This document shows positions 52,435 to 64,000 of a stretch of DNA of 64,000 bases, in pieces. Positions within the stretch are counted from its first letter, which is position 1. Each line of letters opens with the position of its first letter. The position numbers and the translations under genes are program-made. The notes under the pieces were generated by a model that was not told where the DNA came from, searched no databases, and worked only from the letters and a program-made list of their open reading frames with translations. Source of the DNA: Eledone cirrhosa (Eukaryota); the NCBI GenBank assembly GCA_964016885.1, contig OZ024745.1, forward strand, positions 48,546,001 to 48,610,000, written 5' to 3'.

Positions 52435-52805
52435 TCATCATTAGTTTTATATTTGTCTTTCCATGTTTTCATGGGTGGATGAGTTTTCTCCTGCACAGCT
52501 TTTTTCTCCACATGTGTTCCTTCATCTCTTTTGTGAAGTTCAGCATTCTGAAATCAGCTCTCACTATTTCTGACCAGGTTTTCCCCAGTCTTCCTCTTGT
52601 GTTGTTTCCTTCCACTTAGAACTGCTGGCATTTCTTTACCCAACAATCATCATCCATACACATCACATGTCCATACCATCACAATCTTCTCTCTTGCATA
52701 CTACATCTGATTCCTTATAAGACGAAAGTTGTTCCGTCAACTCATTTCTGCTTCATTATTTAGGTACATTAACATTACACATTCAGCAGAGCCTGCTAGC
52801 CTTAT
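52435..52805 (-). mobile_element. Degraded RTE 3' fragment
   Basis: Similar to 4000-4360 (CATCACATGTCCATACCA). Confidence 0.75.
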
Positions 52806-55651
52806 TTAGTACATTCCATCAAATCTGAAATCCATCTTTATCTGTTACTCATTAATCTTATACACTCCTGTGCAGATAATGCAACAATACATTTTCCCCT
52901 ATCCTTTAAATCAATGAGAGGAACCTCTACAAGGTTGCTCAACATACTTAAAATAACAGCTAAATCTCCCTTAAATCACACCCTATCATCTTAAAAAAAG
53001 GTCACATTGGATAATATAGTTCTAGGCACACTGTATCTAGATAAATGATAAAGTGGTAATAGCTGAAATGTTTTTGACTCTGGGTCTGTTCTATCAGAGC
53101 TGATATGGGTTTAAAAACAACCACAACATCCCACAGTTAGTCCATTGCTAATATGAACAGATCCCACTAGATATCCATTTCATCTTCCATGAGAACCTCT
53201 TTATACTCTCCAACGAGAGTCTGACAATTTGGTGACATTTGAAACCAAAGTACAAATGCTGTTTATTTCAAGGAAGTTTCCATTTCTCACTAATAAGTAC
53301 CAAAGAATTTCAACACATTTCCCTTAAACTTCCAAAGTACAAATTTATCTACACCTCTCACTAGTAATGACTTCAAATTTCAATATTAGAATAACATATA
53401 TTTTTACTCTACTCTATAGGTTCTTTGTAGGAGTTGGGTGGGGGAATTAACAGATATTTTGACTGTAGTGTTGCACAAACAACTCCAAACGCCAGTCATT
53501 AAAGATGCACCTCTATTGATGATATTATATTCAGAGGGGTCAATCTCTCATAGAAGATTCTGATTCAGAACTCTTTTAAAACTTTAACAATGAAATCTTA
53601 AGGAATATTTCCTTCTTGTTTAGCTATCGCTTCATAAAAGTCCAAGAAATTGTCAACTCTAGATTAATAATGTTCCCATATCAAACATTGTAACAAATTT
53701 TATTTTATTAGTAATATTCTAAACTGTATCCAGGAGAAAGCTACCTTTCTAATTGATAATCCTCTTACCAATAGCCTAGGAAAAATCCTTAAGAATTGTG
53801 ATCTATCTATACTGAAACAGGCTAAAGAGCATGCTAGATAAGACATGTCAAGATTATAACATTGAATCACACAGAATCAAACACTGCATTATGAAATACT
53901 TTCTTAAAAATAATAAATATACTTTTAAATGGTTTAGTCAGAGCTTCTGTGACTGGTGGGAGAGGAAATTATTCTCAGACTAATGATCTTGCCCAAATAC
54001 TTGCAATATAGTGAACTCTACTAAAGGAACTCATGGGTCAAGTAATGGTATTAAATCAGGTAAAAGGATTAACTTTACCAGCCAAATCTGTGTAACATTC
54101 AACTGACTATTTCTGGTTCTAGGTTTGTTCAAGGAGAACTAACTGGAGCTTCCCAAAAGTAACAGCTGATCACTGCTAAAAATTGTTATTGCTTGCTATT
54201 GCGATCTTGTGCATTGCTGTGTTTCTTCCGCAGTCTCCCCCCCCCCCTCTCACCCATTTGCACACAGAATCTACATCTACTGTCAGAATCTTACTATCCA
54301 TACTGCTTGTCTTCATAAAACCTACACCAGACATTACAAATAATTCTTCATCTTGGAAACAGCTGCCCTATTTAGTTCCCTTCCCCACCCTATATTCCTG
54401 CAATACACTAACTGTCAATTCTTCAAACTCATTAATTGTGTATATGAAAACATATCTAGTTTTGCTGTAAAGTAATTTTTAAGATAAAAACCCCAACTTA
54501 ACGAAAATGCACATGTTAAGTTGAGAATTGACCTTAAAAGTTATTTATAATAAGATGGAATATGTTTTTATATACAGAATTAATTAATTCATATGCTGTA
54601 TGCTATCTCAAATAACTTTTGTCTTTAAGTTCGATATAATCTATATCAATTACACTTACCTCTTTCTATTTCCCTAGTTTTCAGCAATTATTTCTTTCAT
54701 CAAAAGGGCGATATATAAAAAAAGCAAACTTTCCAGTTACTTGAAATAATTTAGCTTGTTTTAAATTGTTTACTATTAAAATATGCTTTGTCTTTGTATA
54801 AGACTGAATTTTTCAGGTACTTCTTTCAGTAATCATACTTTTCTGATAGTTATAGCCATTTCATATTTTTTTTAACAATCACTAACTAACATTATACAAT
54901 ATATAGCTATCTGATACTGAGTGGTATATTCATACTGTGTTATTTCATAATATACTATATATACTTGTAGATAAATAAGTTGCATATATTTTTACAAAAA
55001 AAAAAAAAAAAAAAAACCCAAGAAAATCAACTGCAAAAAGTCATATGTAACTTATCTATTAAACTTTTTCTTGAGCCTCAAATATTAAATAATGAAGCCA
55101 AAATATATTATAAACACAAAAAGGGTGTGACTTATATCCTAGAAAACATGGTATTTAGTGCTGAAATGCACTTAGTAGAAGCAAATATAATCCAAGAACA
55201 AATACAAACATCTGAACAGATGCAAATGTATAAACTGATGGTGGTATCTGAAATTGTTATCTAGTCAACACTTATTTTTGTTATCTAGTCAACGAGTATT
55301 TTTGTATATTTTCCAATCTTGCCATACACTGTCTTCACAACATGGAACAATGAAAATATATTAACCCTTTCATAACTATATTTCTAATGAAATACGCTAC
55401 CTATATGTTTCCATTAGTTTTGAAAATAATCAAGAATTTGGATGGATTAAGAAATTAGCTATATATATATATATATATTCATTTAGGTTTGTTGGTTCAC
55501 CACTGGATAGAACTGGTCATTCTGTATAGTCAACCTTGATGTAATATTAGGGACAGCACTCAACATAATGCAACTCACCCGTCTTCGTTTGTGTTGTTGG
55601 TCTCTCTGCTTTTTCAGCCCCATGGATTGTGTCTATTATATTCCTTTGTTA

Positions 55652-55836
55652 GGGCGGTGGATTGGCAGTATTGGTAGAGGGTAGGACGCCATGCTTTCTA
55701 GCATAGTTATGTCCCTTTACAGTCTGAGTTCAAATCCCGCCGAAGTTAACTTTGCATTTCATCCTTACGGGGTCGATAAAATAAAGTACCAGTAATGTAC
55801 TGAGTAATTGCTGGCCTTGTGCCTAAAGTAGAAACA
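55652..55836 (+). mobile_element. Full-length tRNA/Nin-like SINE with 17-bp TSD
   Basis: TSD ATTATATTCCTTTGTTA at 55635-55651 and 55837-55853. Confidence 0.92.
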
Positions 55837-55963
55837 ATTATATTCCTTTGTTAAATTTCGAATACCTAATGATGTCACTGGATTCATACTGAACCCAGTC
55901 ATTGAAATGTTCATAGTATAATAAACCTTTAAGGAATTACACCAGTCCAGCCTCCTGTTATTT

Positions 55964-56007
<44 letters not shown>

Positions 56008-56205
56008 GTGAGGTTTCTTTACAAAATGAAAAATAACCGAGGTGTCCTACACAAGTGAAAGTATAAAGAAAAAAAGATGAAATCGAAAATGCAACTGGAG
56101 TCTTATTTTAAAAAAAATATATATATTTATTTGGTTCCTTTACTGGTTTCGCAGTTCTTCTGTTTTTCAAAAGTAGAGTTGAGATGGAGGGTCTGTGGTT
56201 TTTCT

Positions 56206-56249
<44 letters not shown>

Positions 56250-56980
56250 CACAAACAGCATATCAAAAGACTGGAACGATTTCATCAGCAGTGTCTCAGA
56301 AAGATGCTTGGTGTCAAGTGGCAGATGCATGTGAGTGATGTTGAGAGAAGTGAGTGTCGGAGCATTGAAAGTATCATCCACCATTTGCGATGGACTGGAC
56401 ACCTCTGCAGAATGGAGGATGATCGACTATTGAAACAACTTTTGTATGGCAAGCTTACCTTTACAAAGCTTACCATACAAAAGTTGTTTCCAGAGTCGAT
56501 CATCCTCCATTCTGCAGAGGTGTCCAGTCCACTCTGATTAAGTATGTGTCCAGTCACAAACCAAAGCTCTGATTCAAAGATTGTGTAAAGGACTCATTGA
56601 AAAAAAGAGAAACTTGGCGCGGAATGGTGAATGATGGGGTCCATAATTTTGAGGACAGACACATAGAGCATGAGAGGATCAAATGGAATGTGTGTAAGCA
56701 ATGCACTGGTGTCTCTCCCGAAACGATCGGTGTCTGCATTGAATTGGTGTGCCCTGAGTGTGGAAAGATTTACTTGAGTAAATCTGGTCTCAGGAGCCAC
56801 AGTCACAGCCATGTTCAAAGAGAAACAGTGAATTATGATCTCCACGGTATTGTGAAGGTTCACAGGGAACCTGATGCAAGACCTAAGGCCAGGAAGATCC
56901 ATAGTTGTTGTCAATGTGCGAAGGAGTGCAAGTCTCTGGCTGGCTTGAAAAGCCATATCCGAGCGTTACACATATGAATC
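56250..56980 (+). mobile_element. RTE/BovB-like LINE 3' fragment with two C-terminal C2H2 zinc fingers
   Basis: LERFHQQCLRKML, LRWTGHLCRMEDDRLLKQLLYG, FKDCVKDSLK, CPECGK...GLRSHSHSH, CCQCAK...GLKSHIRALH. Confidence 0.82.
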
Positions 56981-57021
56981 TGACAAGCAATTGCAATACT
57001 TTTAGCAAAGTTTACAGCCAT

Positions 57022-57056
<35 letters not shown>

Positions 57057-57569
57057 ACATTTTGTAGAGATTACACATTGTCTGTAAGTTTGTAACAATG
57101 TCAAAAATGTAGTTTTCTTGTTTTATACATTTATATACATTGATGGATACTTACATTTGCAGAAAACCGCCCAGGGAGCAGTATTTCTGCTAGTATATAA
57201 ATAAATATGACACCAATTGTTATCTTGGCATATCCACCACTATCAGGACTGATACCTTCGTAGCAAATGACAACCGCATTGTTGACTGTGGATATGCACT
57301 GTTTTCATATGTGTATGTGTACTTGTGAGAGTGTATTTAACTTGGTTTTTGTGTCTATGTATGTACATATGTATATATATATATATATATATGATGTGTG
57401 TATATATATGTATACATATATGTGTGTATACATGTATGTATATATATATATATATATGTATGTATATATGTGAGTGTATATATATGTATATATATGTATG
57501 TATATATGTGAGTGTATATATGTATATATATGTATGTATATACATATATAAAATATATATATGTGTATG

Positions 57570-57645
<76 letters not shown>

Positions 57646-57775
57646 AGTATGCTTTGAATCAGTGAGCAGGTTTGAAATTAGAAAATAGAATAGCTTTCAC
57701 CTTATTTTTGACTAAAGATATTTTAGTCTGATAATGGGGTTTAGAACCCTCAGATAGATGGAAAAAGATGAGTAT

Positions 57776-57846
57776 TGACGTACATGGGAGTCGAACCCAC
57801 ATCTTTGGTTATCCAGACCACTGTGCTACCATTACACCAACACATC
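57776..57846 (-). tRNA. tRNA-like unit (pseudo-tRNA/SINE head), anticodon position GGA
   Basis: GATGTGT-TG-GTGTAATGGTAGCAC-A-GTGGT-CTGGATA-ACCAA-AGAT-GTGGG-TTCGACT-CCCAT-GTACGTC-A; A and B boxes; T5 nine nt downstream. Confidence 0.6.
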
Positions 57847-57850
57847 ACAT

Positions 57851-57921
57851 GAGGTATTGGTGTAATGGTAGCACAGTGGTCTGGATAACCAAAGATGTGG
57901 GTTCGACTCCCATGTACGTCA
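57851..57921 (+). tRNA. tRNA-like unit (pseudo-tRNA/SINE head), anticodon position GGA
   Basis: Same body with acceptor 5' strand GAGGTAT; A box TGGTGTAATGG, B box GGTTCGACTCC; TTTTT at 57931-57935. Confidence 0.6.
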
Positions 57922-58021
57922 ATACTCATCTTTTTCCATCTATCTGAGGGTTCTAAACCCCATTATCAGACTAAAATATCTTTAGTCAAAAATACGGTGA
58001 AAGCTATTATATATATATATA

Positions 58022-58063
<42 letters not shown>

Positions 58064-58731
58064 ATGTATTTAATGATGTTATCACAAGGTATGTTCATAT
58101 GTGTGATTGTGTATGTTTCTGCTCTGTGTGTGGGTGTGTGTGCATGTGCATGTGCATGTGTTTTGCTGCTGCCAACATCACCACTGCCATTCTCTTTATC
58201 TCTATCACACTCACTCTCTTACCCCACCTTTCCCGCAGGATGATAGACTTTTTACACCACAGATACAACTGCTTTAATACATTAGATATATATATTTCTC
58301 AATACATCTTTCAATATACACACTGTTCAATATTATATAATAATGTAATCAGTATAAGCAAGGGTGTACACCTGAAATACCCTAGGAAGTAAACATATTA
58401 TTCTAAATTAAATTGAATATGTATATTTCCGAGTGCATTTTCATGTGATCTTCACAATAAAAGCACCCAATAGACACTGTAAAATGGTTAAAATTGGTAA
58501 AATGTTAGGAAAGGCATCCAGCCATAGAAGGGCATCCAAACAAGAAGTTGGGAGGACTTCAATTTGTGTCAAAAGACATGACAACTTCTCTGCACTTGAT
58601 ATGTCCATATATAAGCAGGATGCAGAACCCTTGGCCTGTCAGGGAAGTCAGTAGCCCTGCTTCAGCAGTGACTTGGTCTGTGTAGATCCCTCCAACTCTT
58701 GCTAGCAGGGAAAACAGACATATGATGATGA

Positions 58732-58795
<64 letters not shown>

Positions 58796-59295
58796 AGAGA
58801 CACAGAGAGAGAGAGTGAGAGAGAGAGAGAGATGTATATATGAAAAAAGTCAACAGGGAAAAGCAGCACGAAAGTACAATGATATATATTAGATTCCTAA
58901 GATCGAGAAAACTGGCGATATTCCATGATATGAAGAACTCACCATCCTACACAAGCAGAATGAAACAACACAAGGAGGATGGCCCCCACTTGCCAGTATG
59001 CTAATTACCTACCTCCACCCTAAACCCAAAGAAGCAGAGAAGTGGTACAACACTCAAGTCCCACCATCCACATACCAATAACTCCTGAATTCCCAGCTAG
59101 CATGCTTCTGATTCCTTTTCTCCACCTTAAACCCCCAAAAGCAGAGAAATGAAACAACTCTCAGGCCCTCATCAGATTCTTTCACCCAAACCATACTAGC
59201 TTGGAAAGTTAGGATGAACTGTGATTGATTCACTTTCCCTGCTCAACCTTCAGCACTTTCCCAACCCAGGAAAGCCAGGCAGACCCTAAAATAAT

Positions 59296-59478
59296 TGTTT
59301 CTACTTTTGGCACAAGGCCAGAAATTATCCCAGTGCATTACTGGTACTTAATTTTATTAACGGCATATGAAAGACAAAGTTAACCTCAGCAGGATTTGAA
59401 CTCAGACCGTAAAGGGCCGTAACTCTATGTTGCAAAGCATGGCATCCGACCCTCTACTGATACTGCCAAACCACTACA
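59296..59478 (-). mobile_element. tRNA/Nin-like SINE copy
   Basis: TTGTTTCTACTTTTGGCACAAGGCC...GGATTTGAACTCAGA...CCGACCCTCTAC. Confidence 0.85.
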
Positions 59479-59731
59479 CCATCCACTTGCTCCAAGATTG
59501 CCCCCATGATCTTCCTTCCCCTACTCCACTTTTTTCATTTTTAGGGAATTGAGATATTCGAAAGATACAGTGTTTGGTTCTCCATGGGTGCCACTGGCCA
59601 TATTTTTCAATCTCTAGAGGTATTTTTACCCAATTTTCTAAGCTATTATTTATAGCTATTGACTGTTGTTACAGCTATTTTCTGCGTTTAGGTTTCTAAC
59701 ATTTTCAAATTATATAGTATGTATACTATGC

Positions 59732-60586
59732 AGCGGAGGTGGGTGTTCAGAAAGTACAATAACTAGGGTAAGAACGGGATGGAAGAAGTTCAGGGAACTA
59801 CTACCACTGCTAGCTGCAAAAGGCTTCTCCCTCAAAATGAAAGGCAGACTGTATTATGCGTGTATCCGAACAGCAATGTTACATGGTAGTGAGACCTGGG
59901 CGCTGAAGGTGGTAGACTTACATAGATTAGAGAGAAACGAAGCCTGCATGCTCCGATGGATGTGTAATAGTAATACACGCGAACGACAAAGCATAAATGA
60001 ATTGAGAGAGTGACTGAGCATAAGAGGAATCAAATGCTGTGTGCAGGAGAGGCAGTTGCGTTGGTATGGACATGTGATGCGTATGAAGGATGACAGCTGC
60101 ATAAAAATGTGCAGAGCACTAGAAGTCGATGGAAACCGCGGAGTGGGGGAGACCCAAGATGACCTGGGATGAGGTGATAAAAGCCAACCTTAGCCAATTA
60201 CACCTCTCAAAGGCGATGACACATGACCGTGACCTCTAGCGTCACGCAGTAATACAGAGTACCCGATCTCCCATGGGTACAAGCTGAAGCATATAGACAA
60301 TATGCCCTCACACCCTCCCACTGCAAGGTGGTCGTGGAGGTGCCACGGTAAAAAAGCACCCAGCCCACACTGTAAAGTGGACGTGTAGGCGCCACGAAAA
60401 AGCACCCATTACTCACTGTAAATGAAGTTGGTGTTAGGAAGGGCATCCAGCTGTAGAAATCAAGCCAAATCAGTTCCTGTATGAGCAAGGCATGGTCAGC
60501 CGACCAGACACTGCCCACAACAGTACAACCCGTCTAACCCATGCTAGCGTGGAGGAACGGACGTAAAACGGTGATGATGATGATGA
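59732..60586 (+). mobile_element. 5'-truncated RTE LINE (long-3'UTR subfamily) with (GAT)n tail
   Basis: GGGCSES...GWKKFRELLPLL...LHGSETW...LRWYGHVMR closely matches the ORF at 4002-4570; 3' UTR with GGTGTTAGGAAGGGCATCCAGCTGTAGAAA. Confidence 0.9.
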
Positions 60587-61131
60587 CTAATATACAAGGG
60601 CTCCCAACTAGATTTAAATACTTATGATGAAAAATAATTCCATGAATTAATAATAGACAGACTCTGTTTCACACTGGTTGCAGTTGAAACTTCCACAATG
60701 CATCTTTCTTCTGCCAAATTGAGATAAGGGCATCACAACTAAGGATTATTCCCTGTGAGGTTGAATGGCTGATGTAGCAAATATTACTGGCTGTTTTTTG
60801 TGGCAACATTTTTTGCTATCTTGTCCTCAGGGTGGCTGAAGCTGCATCTCATAGGAGATTTGTTAGAAGGTTTAATGACAGAAGCTCCAGTCCTAAAATA
60901 TTATCATTTCTTCTGGTGACAGGGTGCAAGATTTTAAATCAGAATTCCTATAACCAGAACAGTTAGTGCAAGACATTCTATCTATTGGTTTGATGATTCC
61001 AGCAATCCATTGCTTTGGACTCATATTATATTTATTGATCAAGAAAGGATGAAATGCCAAGTTGACCTCAGTGGAGTTCAAACTCAGAGCTAAGAGAGCC
61101 AGAACAAATATTGCAAAGTAATTAATTTAAT

Positions 61132-61316
61132 TGTTTCTACTTTAGGTACAAGGCCTGCAATTGCCCAGTGCAGTACTGGTACTTTATTTTATCGACCCCG
61201 TAAGGATGAAAGGCAAAGTCAACCTCAGCAGGATTTGAACTCAGATCGTAAAGGGACGTAACTATGCTGGAAAGCATGGCGTCCGACCCTCTACCGATAC
61301 TGCCAATCCACCGCCC
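61132..61316 (-). mobile_element. Full-length young tRNA/Nin-like SINE with 20-bp TSD, nested in an older related SINE
   Basis: TSD TGCAAAGTAATTAATTTAAT at 61112-61131 and 61317-61336; older copy at about 61030-61110 and 61337-61360. Confidence 0.92.
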
Positions 61317-64000
61317 TGCAAAGTAATTAATTTAATGCTCTAATATCTCTACCAATCCACCACCTTGGGCTGGTACTTAATTTTATCATCCTCGCAAACA
61401 TGACCATGAAATGTTTTGAACTTGGAATGCAAAGAACTGGAACAATTACATTCTCTAAGTGTAGGAATCTTTCCAACTGTCTCAGGTTAATTTTTCTCTT
61501 GATGATGAACACCTTTAATGCTAAAACACCTGAAACCACTCTTGGTTCTACACGACAAAACTTATATTTTTACAGTATTTATTTCTATATAAAAACTTAT
61601 TAATGTAATTTTAAGTTATGCTCCAAACCCTTCCAAATTCTTTATTCATTCAAAATGATTTGAAAATCACAAACAGTGTCTTTCATTAGAAATATGGTAA
61701 CAATTTTTTTTTTTTTTTGTAATATATATATATATATTTTTTTCCCCGTTTTTTAGGTTTTTTTCTATCTACATATATTAATTTAATTTTGGCAGGATAT
61801 ATTTCTGCTGCAATACTAGCAAAATAAATACAGTAAGAATGTTTGGAAAGCTGAACAAATTAAAAATAAACAATCTATCTTCTTATATTTTCATTAGATT
61901 TCTATATTATTCCTTTTCATCATCCATCTAACACTATGATTTCATATCAGCCATGTTGATTATCTAAGTCTAATAGTTTATTTAAACCTGACAGAAAATA
62001 TAATTTCTCTTCTCTGACAATGTCAAACTCCATTAAACAATGAATGGAAACTGATACTCTGGTAGAATTGACTAGAGACAGTTTTTTTGCAGTTGTTTTT
62101 AGCATTCCACTAACTTAACTTCTGCTTTGTTTCACATACGTATCTACATACACATAAGCTTTATTCACGTTTCTTAATTTTCACACTACACTGAAGAAAG
62201 TGTATCATCTGATATTGTAGAAAGAACTTCAGTTTCATATACCTATAGAAGGATGGATCGAGCATTTAAGAGAAAAGGGGAGAAAAAGAGAAAATGAGTT
62301 AGAGCCATCATTTTTATGTCCGACCTCCCATACTTGCTTGCACAGACTGGACAAAGGCCAGAGCTTATACCAGCATTGTGATGTGATGTTAAGTGATATT
62401 AAGAGACTTCTGGTCCATTGCAAGGCTATTTCCCAACTGTTGCTGATACTCCTTTTCAGCTCACTAAACTGGAGCATCGTGAAATAAAAGGCCTTGCTCA
62501 AGGAAACAATTCCTCACCCAGTCTGAGAATCAAACATGATTTTATTATCAAAAGCCTAACCACAACAAGACATAACGATATCAACAATAAAGTATTTGAG
62601 AAAATATTTTAAATAAAAAGATGAACAGGTGAAAGATCTTTTAGGTAAAAGGTAAATGCTGTTATTTATTAAAAGATGAACAGATAGATGGGTGATTCAG
62701 TATAATTCATTAAAGGTTGAAAGATGATATAAATATTATTCATTTTAAACATGCTATAATATATGTTGATAAATATTTCAGTCTCACAAGTAAAGAATAA
62801 TTCAGTCAAAAGAATAAGCAAAAAGTGTTTTCTCAACTCCACTATACGTTATAACAAAATTAATCCTTTTATGATCATATTTCTCATGGAAACTATGAGT
62901 TCCAAATAATTTTGAATACAATCAAGAATTTGAAGGAATTTAATACAGAGTCTGATGATTTCTTTATCAATTTCCATGCATTCTTTTGGCTATCAGTGGA
63001 CTTGGAATTGTCAAAGGAATTGAGGACAATATTGATTCTTTTGTCTTCTTCCTCTCAATACACTTTTTGTAGACATTGTTGATTTGTTTCTATTTCTGTA
63101 ACCTTAGAGTGTAAGACATTGGAGTGAGCTGCAGTTACAGAGTGCAGTTCTGAAGACAAGATTTTTTTTTTTTTTTGTGTGGGAGGTGGGGTTATATCTC
63201 AGTGCTGATTTATTGGATCATGTGAGATGGAAAGGTTTTATCATGTCACCACAAAGAAGTAGATTGAATGTAGTAGTATTCAGTAGTAATACAGAGCTGT
63301 AATATTTATAAGGATGAATAAGCTGAAGCCTAGGGTCGCTGCTGCAGGAACTAGGTACCCCACAGGAATTAAAGGCTTTACAGAAACTAGGGGTCTATCA
63401 ATTTTCTTTTATTGAAGCACTATACCTGAAAGCCCAAATAATGTAACTAATTTTCTGATAATTAGGCTGGTGCTTGGAATATAACTTAATAAAGATTCCT
63501 ACATAAAATTATGATGGAAGTAGTTTCTGATAAATAAAAACACTTTAAAACTTTATCTTATATTCTAGAACTAGAGGGTGCTTTGGGACGATTTGGTATC
63601 AAATGAGTTAATATAAAAAGAAAATAAATAAATCTAAAAACAAAATTTCCAAATTTAGAAACATTTAACTGAATAAATATAAATAGTGTTCGAAAATTCT
63701 AGATTTAATCTGTTAAGTTAATTATACGCCAGTCTTAAACAGAATAATGTTTTTAATTAGATATAGGAGTTGTAATTAGGCATGTAATTTCGACAGTCAT
63801 GACTTTCTTAAAGACATTTGCCAAGATAAAGATAAATGCTTCAAATGGGAAAATAAAATTTGGGTTACAGACTGAGTTTGTCTAGTAGTTACTACTTACT
63901 CCATGGTTCTTGCTACAACAACAACAATATCAACAATATTATTATTATAATCATTATTATTATTTATTTATATATTTATTTACTTTTTGGCATATAGATA

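Larger units (their letters stand above)
57689..58008. repeat. 320-bp near-perfect palindrome
   Basis: Arms 57689-57840 and 57857-58008 with one mismatch seen (57702/57995). Confidence 0.96.

Noticed and set aside
57851-57921. Functional tRNA-Ser(GGA) gene
   Set aside because: No long variable arm, mismatches in the anticodon and acceptor stems, T at position 37; kept only as tRNA-like
57940-58008. CTGAGG...GAAAGCTA in the palindrome arm as a hammerhead
   Set aside because: No CUGANGA box properly closing a stem II

Overview
AT-rich, repeat-dense animal genomic DNA. It is most likely a coleoid cephalopod (Octopus-like); this is inferred from the tRNA-derived SINE families, (GAT)n-tailed RTE LINEs and microsatellite load. 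The only host coding sequence I can support is one 230-bp + strand exon (41125-41354) of hemicentin (HMCN1/him-4 N-terminal VWA domain), so the window appears to be intronic apart from that exon. The rest is mobile and repetitive DNA. It includes a young 5'-truncated RTE LINE with a PHD-type finger inserted in its RT, and a Penelope-like element (RT plus C-terminal GIY-YIG) with an inverted pseudo-LTR. There are also Tx1/L1, R4/Dong and BovB-like remnants, tRNA-SINEs, piggyBac, hAT and Tc1 MITEs, non-autonomous Helitrons, and 25-, 36/43- and 62-bp tandem arrays. Four observations stand out. (1) A 320-bp near-perfect palindrome is built from two head-to-head tRNA-like Pol III units. (2) Minimal type I hammerhead ribozyme motifs cluster in and beside the Penelope element, two of them in tiny stand-alone modules inside (TA)n. 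(3) Short inverted copies of flanking DNA recur inside (TA)n tracts. (4) A SINE with an ATTA target preference has inserted repeatedly at one site and has a candidate Tx1 partner. All calls come from reading the sequence by eye; no searches were run.
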